Shown: piece after piece, positions 19,397 through 27,998 of the stretch | Numbering within the stretch: the first letter of the stretch is position 1 | How the letters are laid out: every line of letters begins with the position of its first letter | NCBI RefSeq assembly: GCF_000091665.1 | Contig: NC_000909.1 | Coordinates: 1,632,971 to 1,664,970, forward strand | Length of the DNA: 32,000 nucleotides | Origin: Methanocaldococcus jannaschii DSM 2661 | GTDB taxonomy: Archaea > AGJL01 > Methanococci > Methanococcales > Methanocaldococcaceae | Direction: 5' to 3' | Made by a program: the position numbers and the translations under genes | The notes under the pieces: generated by a model | Seen by the model: only the letters and a program-made list of their open reading frames with translations | What the model was told of the DNA's origin: nothing | Database searches by the model: none

Positions 19397-20143
19397 TTAG
19401 TTAAAATTAATCCCTCCCCAAATTTTATCTAATTCACTTTCTAACTCGTTTAAACTTTCAACTTCATCAGACTCTTTTTTACTGTTTTCATTTCCTTCAT
19501 AATATTCTTTTGGCTTGCAGATAAGTTTTATATCCCTAAATTTTATCTTTCCATAACCTCTACTTCCTGAACCTCCTAAATAATCATCCTCTAACAACTT
19601 CATTCCTTCAATGAATTTTTTGATTAATTCTTTATCACTTTCTTTGTAAATGTTGAATACAACTTCAAATTTGAATTTACTTCCAGCTACAACTCTCTCC
19701 ATGTTTCTAATTCCTCCTTTTATAGTAGTTCCTTTTAATCTATCTATTGTATTCTCAACTTTAATCTCCAAATAGTCATAATCCTTCTTATTTTCCTCTG
19801 GTTGTAAGTATGCATCTCTAACTATAACCCTTACTGGTTCTTTAATATTTTTTGAGTCATGAGGACCAAATATTTTGCAAATTTCACATTCTCCACAATC
19901 GTGAGGTAGATAATTTCCCCTACCGTCTTCTTTATATTTTCCATCTTTCCTCTCCAATAATGCCCTAATCTTTCCCTTTAATGAACTACCAGGAATTAGG
20001 ATTCTTCCAAAAGCATCCCTAATAACTGGGTTGTCAGTTCCGCCAATTTTTAATGTTTCTTTTGTTCCCCCAATGTGCATCCCTGTCTCTAATTCAATAA
20101 TTCCCTCTAAGATAACTTTACCTTTTAATGTTAAGTTTTCCAT
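19397..20143 (-). CDS. csm3: Type III-A CRISPR backbone protein Csm3
   Basis: 248 aa; LETGMHIGGTKETLKIGGTDNPVIRDAFGRILIPGSSLKGKIRALLE, CEICKIFG, DDYLGGSGSRGYGKIKF. Confidence 0.93.
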   Translation of the reverse strand: MENLTLKGKVILEGIIELETGMHIGGTKETLKIGGTDNPVIRDAFGRILIPGSSLKGKIRALLERKDGKYKEDGRGNYLPHDCGECEICKIFGPHDSKNIKEPVRVIVRDAYLQPEENKKDYDYLEIKVENTIDRLKGTTIKGGIRNMERVVAGSKFKFEVVFNIYKESDKELIKKFIEGMKLLEDDYLGGSGSRGYGKIKFRDIKLICKPKEYYEGNENSKKESDEVESLNELESELDKIWGGINFN

Positions 20144-20169
20144 AACTTATCCCCCCAACTTATTTTATT

Positions 20170-20571
20170 TTATTGTGATTTTGCATAGATTTTGTGATAA
20201 GCAACCAATGCCTCAAAGAATGTCTTGAAGTTTTTAAATTTATTCAAATCATTATCTATTTTGTCGATAATCTCACTAAATGTCCCAGCTAATTTTTCCA
20301 ATGCTTCTTTCTTTCTTCTATTTGTCTCTTTTCCGTAATTATAGGCTAATTTTGGTTTTAATAAAACCAGTTCTTTATACCAGTTTTCATTTTTTTCATC
20401 AATTCTTAGAACGTAGTCATAAAAGTCTCTCATCTTTGTAGCAGGAATTTGCTCAAACTCTTTGGCTAAATTTTCAGCAATGTCTATAATCTCATTTGCA
20501 TTCTGGCTGTTAATATTTAGTATTAAATTGATTTCATTAGGATTTAAGATGCATTTTCCAATTTTTGACAT
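20170..20571 (-). CDS. csm2: Type III-A CRISPR small subunit Csm2
   Basis: 133 aa; [18 protein letters not shown]...[13 protein letters not shown]...FSEIIDKI...[13 protein letters not shown] matches Csm2 pattern and operon position. Confidence 0.85.
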
Positions 20572-20885
20572 TATTTCACCCCTCTTTTTTTCAACTCAAC
20601 AATCTTAGCAGAAACTTTTAAATCATTAAAGCTGAGTTTGACATTTGAAGAAAACATCTTTTTAACCTTCTCTCTAACATAATCTTCTAAGAATTTAACA
20701 TACTCCATTTCTTTACCTTTGTAGTTTCTATGTAGGTAGTAAATTACTCTCCAATAGTATGGGAGGTTTATAATTATCTCATCATCTTTCTTAATTACAT
20801 ACTCTAACCTCCCTCCAGTTATTTGAGCTATATGTAGGATTCTTTTCTTATTTGTCTCTTCAATTGCTTTTTCAAATTCTTCTCC
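20571..20885 (-). CDS. C-terminal domain of Cas10/Csm1 encoded in the -1 frame relative to the main cas10 ORF (frameshifted fragment)
   Basis: [104 protein letters not shown]; 104 aa plus stop, TAA overlapping csm2 ATG (TAATG). No good start codon near its 5' end. Confidence 0.8.
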
Positions 20886-23230
20886 AAATCATCCTCATTA
20901 AATTTTTTAACTAAACTTTCTAATTCTACCATTTCTTTATTAATTCCTTCTAAATATGACTTTAATTTAGTCCAGCAGTATTCATTATATTCAACTTCTA
21001 AATCCCAGTTCATTGGACAATTAAAGACCGTTAAAGCGTTTTTATCTACTTTTTTCTCAGTTTCCTCATCTTCGTATATGATATAGTTTTTACCATTCTC
21101 TAATTCTTCTTCAGCCATATTTACAGCCTTTTTAAACTCAAACTTTGGATTAACAAACACTATTCCAGCACTTAGGGTTATATAAGGATTATAGCACACG
21201 AATTTTTTAAAGTCCCCTCTAATTCTCTTAGCTAACTCCCAAACAGCATCCCATGCTCCAACAATTAAAGTATCATCTCCTCCAGCATATACTAAGTAAA
21301 TATTATCCTTAAACTTGTATTTTTTCCCATTAACTTCAAATTCTTCATTTTTAATTAAATGAGGAATATAGCCAGTGAAGAATAAAGTTAGCATAGAACT
21401 TAATGTGCTCATTCTTGAGATTGTTGCATCATTTCCCAAACCAGTGGTGAATATTTCTCCTAAATTATCAACGTCCATTTTTAGTATTCCAATTTTTCTT
21501 GTTCCAGTTCTTTCAAAAGCTTTTTCAGCTAATCCATCAAAATCTAATATTCTTTTTTCAGTTTCATTTTCAATTATAGGGAATGCAATTGCCCAGATTT
21601 TGTATGGAATTATTAATTCTCCAGAGTCGTGAGGGAGTTTGTATTCTTTTAAGAAATAATTTTCATCAGATAAAACTCTAAATTTGCTTTCTAATTTTTC
21701 TATTGCCTTAACCGTTAAGAAACTAAATTCTTCTCTTTGAAGTGAGAGATTGTCCTTATTTTTAGTTAAATGAATAATTGGATATGCTTTGTTAAATTTT
21801 ATTGTTTTTTCCATTTGGAAATTTTTTAATATATCAGTTAAAGCTACGAATGAAGCACAATAGTCACATATTCTCTCGGATTTACTTTCATTTTCACGTA
21901 TTGCATAACCTTTTTCATTTTTATCAAACTCATTCCTACAAATTACACACCTATTTTCACTCCCCCTATTGTATGGCTCAAATAATCCCTCCAATTTATA
22001 TTCAAACCTTCTAAGTTTCTTTTCAACTGTCTTTTCAGAAACTTCTTTCCATTTTTTAGCAAATCCCCATGTTTTTTCTTTTGACTCCTTATCTTCAGAT
22101 TTTTTAAAGTCATTTGGGGTTACACCAACCTCTGCAATTGTAATATATATTTTAGTTCTAAACATATTGAACAGTACTTCATTAATTTCTTTTTCTAACT
22201 TATTTATCAAGTTTTCATCAACTTTATAGCTTAAAATGTAGAAATGCCCTCCTCCATAGAATAAAATATTGGTAATTGGAAGATTTAATTCTTTACAAAT
22301 GTATTTTGCAAAGTATTCAGTTAAAAAGTCCAGATAAAAGCTTCTTCCCTTTAATGACTTTGTGGCATACTTTGTTGTTATTGTGAATACAAAGTCTTGA
22401 ATTCCAGACAAATCTCCATGAATTAATGAGAATATTTCTTTATTCCAGCCATTATCGTTGTTAAAGAGTTTTTCTAATGTTTTATCATCAATATATTCTT
22501 TAGCATATTTGTTTTTCTTCTTGTTTTCTTTAACATACATCTGATAGAGACAGCAGGCAATTGCACAGGTTGTTTTTGAGTGGTCAAATAGTGAAACATC
22601 TGGCAAACCACCTTTTAAACTTCCAGCTTTTTTCCACATCGTTACTGAAGGAATACACCACGTATATTTTTGCATTAGTTGATAGAGTTCTTCAAATGAA
22701 ACATCTCCTTTGAAATCCTTAATTTCATCCTCAAATTTACTAAATAACTCTTTATAATTTTCATTTGGATATGGTTTGTCTGTAAATATAGCATCAGAGA
22801 CATTTAGTGGTTTTAAAGAGTATTTAAATCCATTTTTATAAAGATTTTCAGTTAATTCTCCAATACACACTGTTTCAAATATTGAAAGTAATTTTTGTTC
22901 TTCAGTATTTAAAACCTCAACATTTTCTGGGTCTCCTTTTGGTTCTCTTCTTTCCCCACTACTGAGCCAGTCAGCCAATCTAACAATTCCAATTAAATCA
23001 TCTTTAATTTTTTGGTTATGGTGTTCTTTAACAATTTCCAATATTTTATCCTTTGTTTTTTCATCTAAATGGTTTAAAAATCCATTCTTAAACTTCTCTT
23101 TTAAAAATTCATAACCAAATTTATCATGTCCTTTAGATTTTGGTTTATCACTGGCTCTTTGAATAAACTTTCCAATATCGTGCAATAAAGCCCCAATTTT
23201 TAAGGCAGTGTATTCATTACAATTTCCCAT
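20828..23230 (-). CDS. cas10: Type III-A CRISPR large subunit Cas10/Csm1, main ORF (HD + palm domains, terminates early in out-of-frame tail)
   Basis: 800 aa; N-terminal ALLHDIGKFIQR (HD), zinc finger CVICRNEF...ICDYC, palm motif VYAGGDDTLIVG (GGDD). Confidence 0.95.
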   Translation of the reverse strand: MGNCNEYTALKIGALLHDIGKFIQRASDKPKSKGHDKFGYEFLKEKFKNGFLNHLDEKTKDKILEIVKEHHNQKIKDDLIGIVRLADWLSSGERREPKGDPENVEVLNTEEQKLLSIFETVCIGELTENLYKNGFKYSLKPLNVSDAIFTDKPYPNENYKELFSKFEDEIKDFKGDVSFEELYQLMQKYTWCIPSVTMWKKAGSLKGGLPDVSLFDHSKTTCAIACCLYQMYVKENKKKNKYAKEYIDDKTLEKLFNNDNGWNKEIFSLIHGDLSGIQDFVFTITTKYATKSLKGRSFYLDFLTEYFAKYICKELNLPITNILFYGGGHFYILSYKVDENLINKLEKEINEVLFNMFRTKIYITIAEVGVTPNDFKKSEDKESKEKTWGFAKKWKEVSEKTVEKKLRRFEYKLEGLFEPYNRGSENRCVICRNEFDKNEKGYAIRENESKSERICDYCASFVALTDILKNFQMEKTIKFNKAYPIIHLTKNKDNLSLQREEFSFLTVKAIEKLESKFRVLSDENYFLKEYKLPHDSGELIIPYKIWAIAFPIIENETEKRILDFDGLAEKAFERTGTRKIGILKMDVDNLGEIFTTGLGNDATISRMSTLSSMLTLFFTGYIPHLIKNEEFEVNGKKYKFKDNIYLVYAGGDDTLIVGAWDAVWELAKRIRGDFKKFVCYNPYITLSAGIVFVNPKFEFKKAVNMAEEELENGKNYIIYEDEETEKKVDKNALTVFNCPMNWDLEVEYNEYCWTKLKSYLEGINKEMVELESLVKKFNEDDLEKNLKKQLKRQIRKESYI

Positions 23231-23264
23231 CTAAATCCCCCAACTTTACATTTCTAAACCAACA

Positions 23265-23654
23265 CTAATATGGATTATATTTTCTAAATCTACAATGTTT
23301 AAATTTTCTAATGGTAATTATTTTTCCGTCCTTATATATATCTTTTGCGATTCGTTTTGTAGTTGAATATATAGGAATTAAGTTTTTATCAATTGCAAAA
23401 TTTACCATTTTATATGTAGCACCAAAATCCCCTTGAATTAAAACATAATCATTTGGTTTAGCATGTTTTTCTAAGAACTCTTTTATTGGTTTTAAGTAAT
23501 TATCAATATCATCAACATCAGGCGGAATGTTAGACCACAACTCTTGAAGTTCTTTAGGTAAGTAAATAAATTCATCAACTTTCAGATTTTTCCTTGCATC
23601 ATTAATTTGGTCATCTGTAAGTTTATGAGAAAATAATAAAAACATTTTAGGCAT
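23265..23654 (-). CDS. Small type III CRISPR ancillary protein, Csx20-like (possible ring nuclease)
   Basis: 129 aa; MFLLFSHKLTDDQINDARKNLKVDEFIYLPKELQELWSNIPPD...YVLIQGDFGATYKMVNFAIDKNLIPIYSTTKR...FRKY; location between cas10 and a CARF-HEPN gene. Family call is from recall. Confidence 0.65.
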   Translation of the reverse strand: MPKMFLLFSHKLTDDQINDARKNLKVDEFIYLPKELQELWSNIPPDVDDIDNYLKPIKEFLEKHAKPNDYVLIQGDFGATYKMVNFAIDKNLIPIYSTTKRIAKDIYKDGKIITIRKFKHCRFRKYNPY

Positions 23655-23658
23655 GATT

Positions 23659-25563
23659 TCACCTTCTATTATTTTTATAACTTCTATATCTGATTATTAT
23701 CAAATTTAGAGGAACACTATCTTTTATTTCTGACAAATCACTGTTTAACAGTCTTATTATATTTTTAGATGCTTCAAGTATCTCATTAGACATAGGTTTA
23801 TCCTTATTTTTGAATATTTTGTGGTAGTTGTTATTTATCTCCTTCAAAATTGGATGCTTTGAACATAGATTTTGATTTAACAAAACCCATTTAATTGCCT
23901 CTTTATCTTCCTTATTTTTGATATTATAAGCATTTGAAAGTTTGAAGAGGGCATAATGCATGATTGCATTTTGTAATGCTAAACTATCCAACAATTCCTC
24001 ATCTTCTGTATTTTTTACAAAATTAAATGCTTCCTCCAATTCACCAGCATCCTCTATGTTTTTGTGGAATATCTCGATGATTTCTCTTAATTTTTCATTA
24101 TTGCATTTATTATTCTTATTTAAGAGATAACCACTAACAAAATCCCAGTATATTTCATTGCTCTCAAAATTATATGCTTTAATAATCTTTCTAATTATTT
24201 GTATATTCAAAATATTTTTTAACAATTTAAGTGTTTTATTATTTTGGTTATTTTTAACATCTAATAGTAAATCCTCGATTATCTTATCAAAATCAGGTAG
24301 ATTGACATTTTTCAGTAAATTGACAACATCCTCTAAATCATTTTCAGGATTGAAATCATCTCCCTTTTTACTAACATCTGCATGGGCAATTTTGTTTCTT
24401 ATGTTCCTTAATCTTTTGTAATGCATATCTTTAATAGACCCAAACGCAGAATATTTTTTATTCAAGGATGGATTGTATATTATTCCCTTCATAACCTCCC
24501 TATTTTTATAAACAGACGGTAAATTATAAAGCTCACATAATTTCCAAAATATTGAATCAGTTAAACATAAATAGCCAGAGCTGTATTTTTTATTATCAAA
24601 GTTCCATTTTGCCATAGATATTTGGAACTCAAAATCTGAATCTTCATATTTTAATTTATCAATAAATTTATGCAACTCAGGAATGAAATATTTTAAAAAC
24701 CTTCCCGTATCTTTTTTCTCATTTAACAGTGGTTTTAGAGTTTTAACTTCCTCTCTCAACTCTTTTAAATAATTAGCATCAATGTATCTTGAGATTTTCT
24801 GTAGTTTTTCGGCTATCTCTTTATCTTCATTTTCTAAAAGTTTTGAGATTAAGTAACTGTTTCCATAAGTGGTGAATTCATACATTCCTCTAATCCACTC
24901 TGATATTTCAAATATCGGGCTTAAATCAACAACTGGTGCATGTCCCAATTCACGGATTACATCTAACATTCCATAGTAGATTCCCTTTAACTTTACATTT
25001 TTAAAATACCTCATAAACTCCAACATAACATACATAAATAATGGAATAGACCTAAATGAATGAGTTATGTCCAAATAAATCTCATCTCCATCATTTACTT
25101 CATTTATTAAACTCATAAATAAATCAAAATTCTCCCAAATCTCATCCTTATCAATTCCATACTTTATAATCTTGCATTTAGAACCTCCAACAGCATTTGG
25201 ATTAATTTTTTTCAAATATTTATCAATAACCTTCTCTATTTTCTTCAAATCTTCTTCTGAAAGAGCATAGTTATCATATTTTGACATTCCAACTTTCTTC
25301 CCAATTTCAATCCAATATTCTTCGTCAAATTCTCCAACTTCCTTGGCATAATATTCATATAATTTTTCCCACATTGATTTTGCAGTTCCAACAACAATAA
25401 CTTTATCAACCTTCAACTTTTCAATTAAAACTGACAAAACAAATGGGCTTTCAATACCATCGATATCTCCTTCAAATTTATACTCTGCTGTTTTATATTG
25501 CCTTTTATAAACATCAGTATTTGTATCTCCAACGCCTAAAGGGGAGATGAGGACTTTCAACAT
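23659..25563 (-). CDS. CARF-HEPN CRISPR ancillary protein (Csx1/TM1812-like family)
   Basis: 634 aa; VLISPLGVGDTNTDVYKR, VVGTAKSMWEKLYEYY, EIYLDITHSFRSIPLFMYVML (CARF), RNKIAHADVS (HEPN Rx4H). Confidence 0.88.
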   Translation of the reverse strand: MLKVLISPLGVGDTNTDVYKRQYKTAEYKFEGDIDGIESPFVLSVLIEKLKVDKVIVVGTAKSMWEKLYEYYAKEVGEFDEEYWIEIGKKVGMSKYDNYALSEEDLKKIEKVIDKYLKKINPNAVGGSKCKIIKYGIDKDEIWENFDLFMSLINEVNDGDEIYLDITHSFRSIPLFMYVMLEFMRYFKNVKLKGIYYGMLDVIRELGHAPVVDLSPIFEISEWIRGMYEFTTYGNSYLISKLLENEDKEIAEKLQKISRYIDANYLKELREEVKTLKPLLNEKKDTGRFLKYFIPELHKFIDKLKYEDSDFEFQISMAKWNFDNKKYSSGYLCLTDSIFWKLCELYNLPSVYKNREVMKGIIYNPSLNKKYSAFGSIKDMHYKRLRNIRNKIAHADVSKKGDDFNPENDLEDVVNLLKNVNLPDFDKIIEDLLLDVKNNQNNKTLKLLKNILNIQIIRKIIKAYNFESNEIYWDFVSGYLLNKNNKCNNEKLREIIEIFHKNIEDAGELEEAFNFVKNTEDEELLDSLALQNAIMHYALFKLSNAYNIKNKEDKEAIKWVLLNQNLCSKHPILKEINNNYHKIFKNKDKPMSNEILEASKNIIRLLNSDLSEIKDSVPLNLIIIRYRSYKNNRR

Positions 25564-25676
25564 TTCACCTCAAAAATTTGTGGAACCTTAAAAATAATAA
25601 AAAAGTCATATAAATAGTTTTTTATTTTGTAAATTTGAAAATATACAAATATGAATTAATTTTAAGGTGGTAATTT

Positions 25677-26456
25677 ATGTATATTCTAAAAATCGCCTAC
25701 GATGGAAGATACAGCTTTCAACAACAGCCACATAAACAAACAGTTTGTGATATTTTGTTAGATGCCTTAGAAGAAACTGGATTTTTAGCTAAAAAGAAGG
25801 TTATATACAGCGGAGGAAGGACAGATAAAGGCGTCTCTGCCTTAGGCAACTTTGTAGTTGTAGAGCTGAAAAAAGAGCCAATCCTCTCATACATAAATGC
25901 AAAGCTAAAGGATAAAGGCATCTGGGTTTTAGGATATAGAGAGATTGATGAAATTCCTAAGGTGAAGTATAGACATTACAGATATATTCTCCCAAACATT
26001 GGTTATGATGTAGATGCAATAAAAGAAGGAGCTAAGAAGATGATTGGCACTCATTCCTTCCACAATCTATCAAAGAGAGATAGAACAAAAGAAAAAAGTC
26101 CAATAAGAACAATCTATGATATAAAAATCTCTGAAAATGAGTTCTATTTAACAGTAGATATCATTGGAGAGAGCTTTTTATGGAACATGGTCAGAAAGAT
26201 AGTTGGAGCTTTAGATTTAGTTGGAAGAGGAAAAAAGCCAGTTGAATGGATTGATAAGCTTTTAGATGAAAACCATAGAGAAGGAGTCCCTACATTTCCA
26301 CCAGAAGGGTTGATATTGGTTGAGGCAAAAGTAGATATCGAATATATATACGATAATTACTCAATAAGAAAATTTAAAGAGTATTGGGGGGAGTTCTTTA
26401 AATTGCAAGTTATGAAAATAGGAATCGCTAAAACAGTTTTAGAATTTACAAAATAG
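25677..26456 (+). CDS. truA: tRNA pseudouridine(38-40) synthase TruA
   Basis: 259 aa; GGRTDKGVSALGNFVVVE catalytic Asp motif, FLWNMVRKIVGAL. Confidence 0.92.
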   Translation: MYILKIAYDGRYSFQQQPHKQTVCDILLDALEETGFLAKKKVIYSGGRTDKGVSALGNFVVVELKKEPILSYINAKLKDKGIWVLGYREIDEIPKVKYRHYRYILPNIGYDVDAIKEGAKKMIGTHSFHNLSKRDRTKEKSPIRTIYDIKISENEFYLTVDIIGESFLWNMVRKIVGALDLVGRGKKPVEWIDKLLDENHREGVPTFPPEGLILVEAKVDIEYIYDNYSIRKFKEYWGEFFKLQVMKIGIAKTVLEFTK

Positions 26457-26481
26457 ATAATTTTATTGTTTAGTTTAAATG

Positions 26482-26551
26482 TGCCCCGGGGGAGCAAAGG
26501 GGACTCACAGCTTGCCGGGCTGTCGCTCATCCCCCGCGGTTTCCCGGGGCA
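26482..26551 (+). ncRNA. Candidate structured GC-rich non-coding RNA (strand inferred)
   Basis: TGCCCCGGG (26482-26490) is perfectly complementary to CCCGGGGCA (26543-26551); inner GGGGA (26499-26503)/TCCCC (26530-26534) and ACAGC/GCTGT hairpin; very GC-rich in AT-rich surroundings; followed by TTTTT at 26552-26556. Confidence 0.75.
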
Positions 26552-26644
26552 TTTTTATATTTATTATATTTATGTAGTTAATATTAATATTTACCCTACA
26601 AAAATTTAAACCTTTTGCAACAACCATTTTTATAGGATGATAGA

Positions 26645-27361
26645 ATGAAAAAATACATTGTAAGTATTGGAGTTGATATATCAGACAATGATGTAAAAAC
26701 AAATCCTAAAGTTAATGAATTAGTTAATAAGGAAATTAAAAAAAGATTATCTAAATTAGGTATAAAAGCAACTATCTCAAATATAACTGGTGATGATATA
26801 GTTATAACATCCTTTGTCCCAGAAAATTTGATTGAAAAAAATAATAAAATAATTTTCGAAGTTTTAAATAAATATGCTGAGGGCTTTGATGATTTAAGAG
26901 GCATTTCTGAAGATAAAGATAAAGCTGGAGAGGGCTTATCCTATGCCATAGCTGAATCAATATCTGAATATGGAGACGCTATAATAATAGCTTTTGACAC
27001 TTATGGTGGAGAGAGCTTTGTGGATGAAATGGCTTTGTTTGTTAAGGAAATAGGGGAAAAGTTTGGCTATGATGTTGGCTGCTCTGTCTCTAACGAACCA
27101 ATAGAAATCCCAGGAATTGGATATACAGGAGCTGAGAGTGACGACCCTGTAGTGGTTATAACTGTTGAGGAGCTTGATGACATACCAAAATTAGCTGGAC
27201 TTATTTATGGAGGATTACTGAGCTTTGATAAATTGTATTTTGTTAAAAATGGAGATGAAGTTAATATCCTTCCTCCCGGAGTCATATACACCATGACTGC
27301 ATTTTTAAATGGGAATGTAATTGATTTATATGGGGGAATTAGAAGAAAAATAAAATTTTAA
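26645..27361 (+). CDS. Conserved hypothetical protein
   Basis: 238 aa ORF; SIGVDISDNDVKTNPKVNELVNKEIKKRL...ITGDDIVIT...; good start context (GGATGATAGAATG). Confidence 0.7.
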   Translation: MKKYIVSIGVDISDNDVKTNPKVNELVNKEIKKRLSKLGIKATISNITGDDIVITSFVPENLIEKNNKIIFEVLNKYAEGFDDLRGISEDKDKAGEGLSYAIAESISEYGDAIIIAFDTYGGESFVDEMALFVKEIGEKFGYDVGCSVSNEPIEIPGIGYTGAESDDPVVVITVEELDDIPKLAGLIYGGLLSFDKLYFVKNGDEVNILPPGVIYTMTAFLNGNVIDLYGGIRRKIKF

Positions 27362-27370
27362 TGTGAGACT

Positions 27371-27988
27371 ATGGATTTGCAATATTTTATATTGGCATTT
27401 TCATCTATATTCTCAATTTTAAACCCATTTGGTGCTGTTCCTGTATTTATAACATTAACTGAGTCATATCCAAAAAAGGAAAGGGATTTAGTAGCTAAGA
27501 AAACAGTTATTTATGCACTTGCTATATTATTGGCTTTTGCACTTTTTGGAGAGTGGATATTAAAATTTTTTGGTATATCATTAGATGCATTTAAGATTGC
27601 TGGAGGAATTCTACTGCTCTTAATATCATTAGACATGGTTAGGGGTCAGCAGGAGGCTAAAATTCATAGAAAGGAAATTGAAGCAGCTTATGAGATTGAT
27701 GAAATTGCTCTAATGCCTTTAGCAACTCCATTATTAGCTGGGCCTGGTTCAATAACTGCCTGTATGGTTGCAATGGCTGAGGCATCAGACATTGGAGATA
27801 AGTTTTTGGTAATATTGGCTATACTACTATCTCTTGGAATAACCTACCTAACCCTATTATCAGCTGAGAGTGTTTTAGATAGGATTGGAAGATTGGGGAT
27901 TAGGATATTAACAAGAATGATGGGTTTGATATTAACAGCAATAGCAGTTCAGATGATAGTTAATGGAATTAGAGGGGCCTTACTCTAA
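27371..27988 (+). CDS. MarC family integral membrane protein
   Basis: 205 aa; SIFSILNPFGAVPVFITLT, AGGILLLLISLDMVRG, ALATPLLAGPGSITACMV-like segment. Confidence 0.9.
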   Translation: MDLQYFILAFSSIFSILNPFGAVPVFITLTESYPKKERDLVAKKTVIYALAILLAFALFGEWILKFFGISLDAFKIAGGILLLLISLDMVRGQQEAKIHRKEIEAAYEIDEIALMPLATPLLAGPGSITACMVAMAEASDIGDKFLVILAILLSLGITYLTLLSAESVLDRIGRLGIRILTRMMGLILTAIAVQMIVNGIRGALL

Positions 27989-27998
27989 AAAATTTGAG

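Noticed and set aside
20880-20940. Programmed -1 ribosomal frameshift at the AAAAAATTTAAT tract upstream of the cas10 frame change
   Set aside because: In the -1 frame, stops (TAA, TGA, TGA) lie between that tract and 20888, so slippage there would terminate. The frame change must happen in TTTGG itself, which is not a classic slippery site.
21375-24421. Plus-strand ORFs inside cas10 and the upstream CARF gene (21375, 21802, 21969, 24158)
   Set aside because: These are antisense to well-supported coding sequence and lack domain signatures.
15580-25676. Possible CRISPR array or leader around the Csm genes
   Set aside because: I looked for regularly spaced 25-37 bp direct repeats at the locus edges and in the gaps and saw none; intergenic gaps are too short or plainly AT-rich promoter-like sequence.
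26482-26551. tRNA gene interpretation of the GC-rich element
   Set aside because: It is about the right length but lacks the D-arm/anticodon/T-arm layout, the GTTC-A T-loop motif and a CCA-compatible acceptor arrangement.
26505-26904. Minus-strand ORFs 26505..26702 and 26596..26904
   Set aside because: They overlap the structured RNA candidate and the start of the plus-strand 26645 gene, with no motifs.
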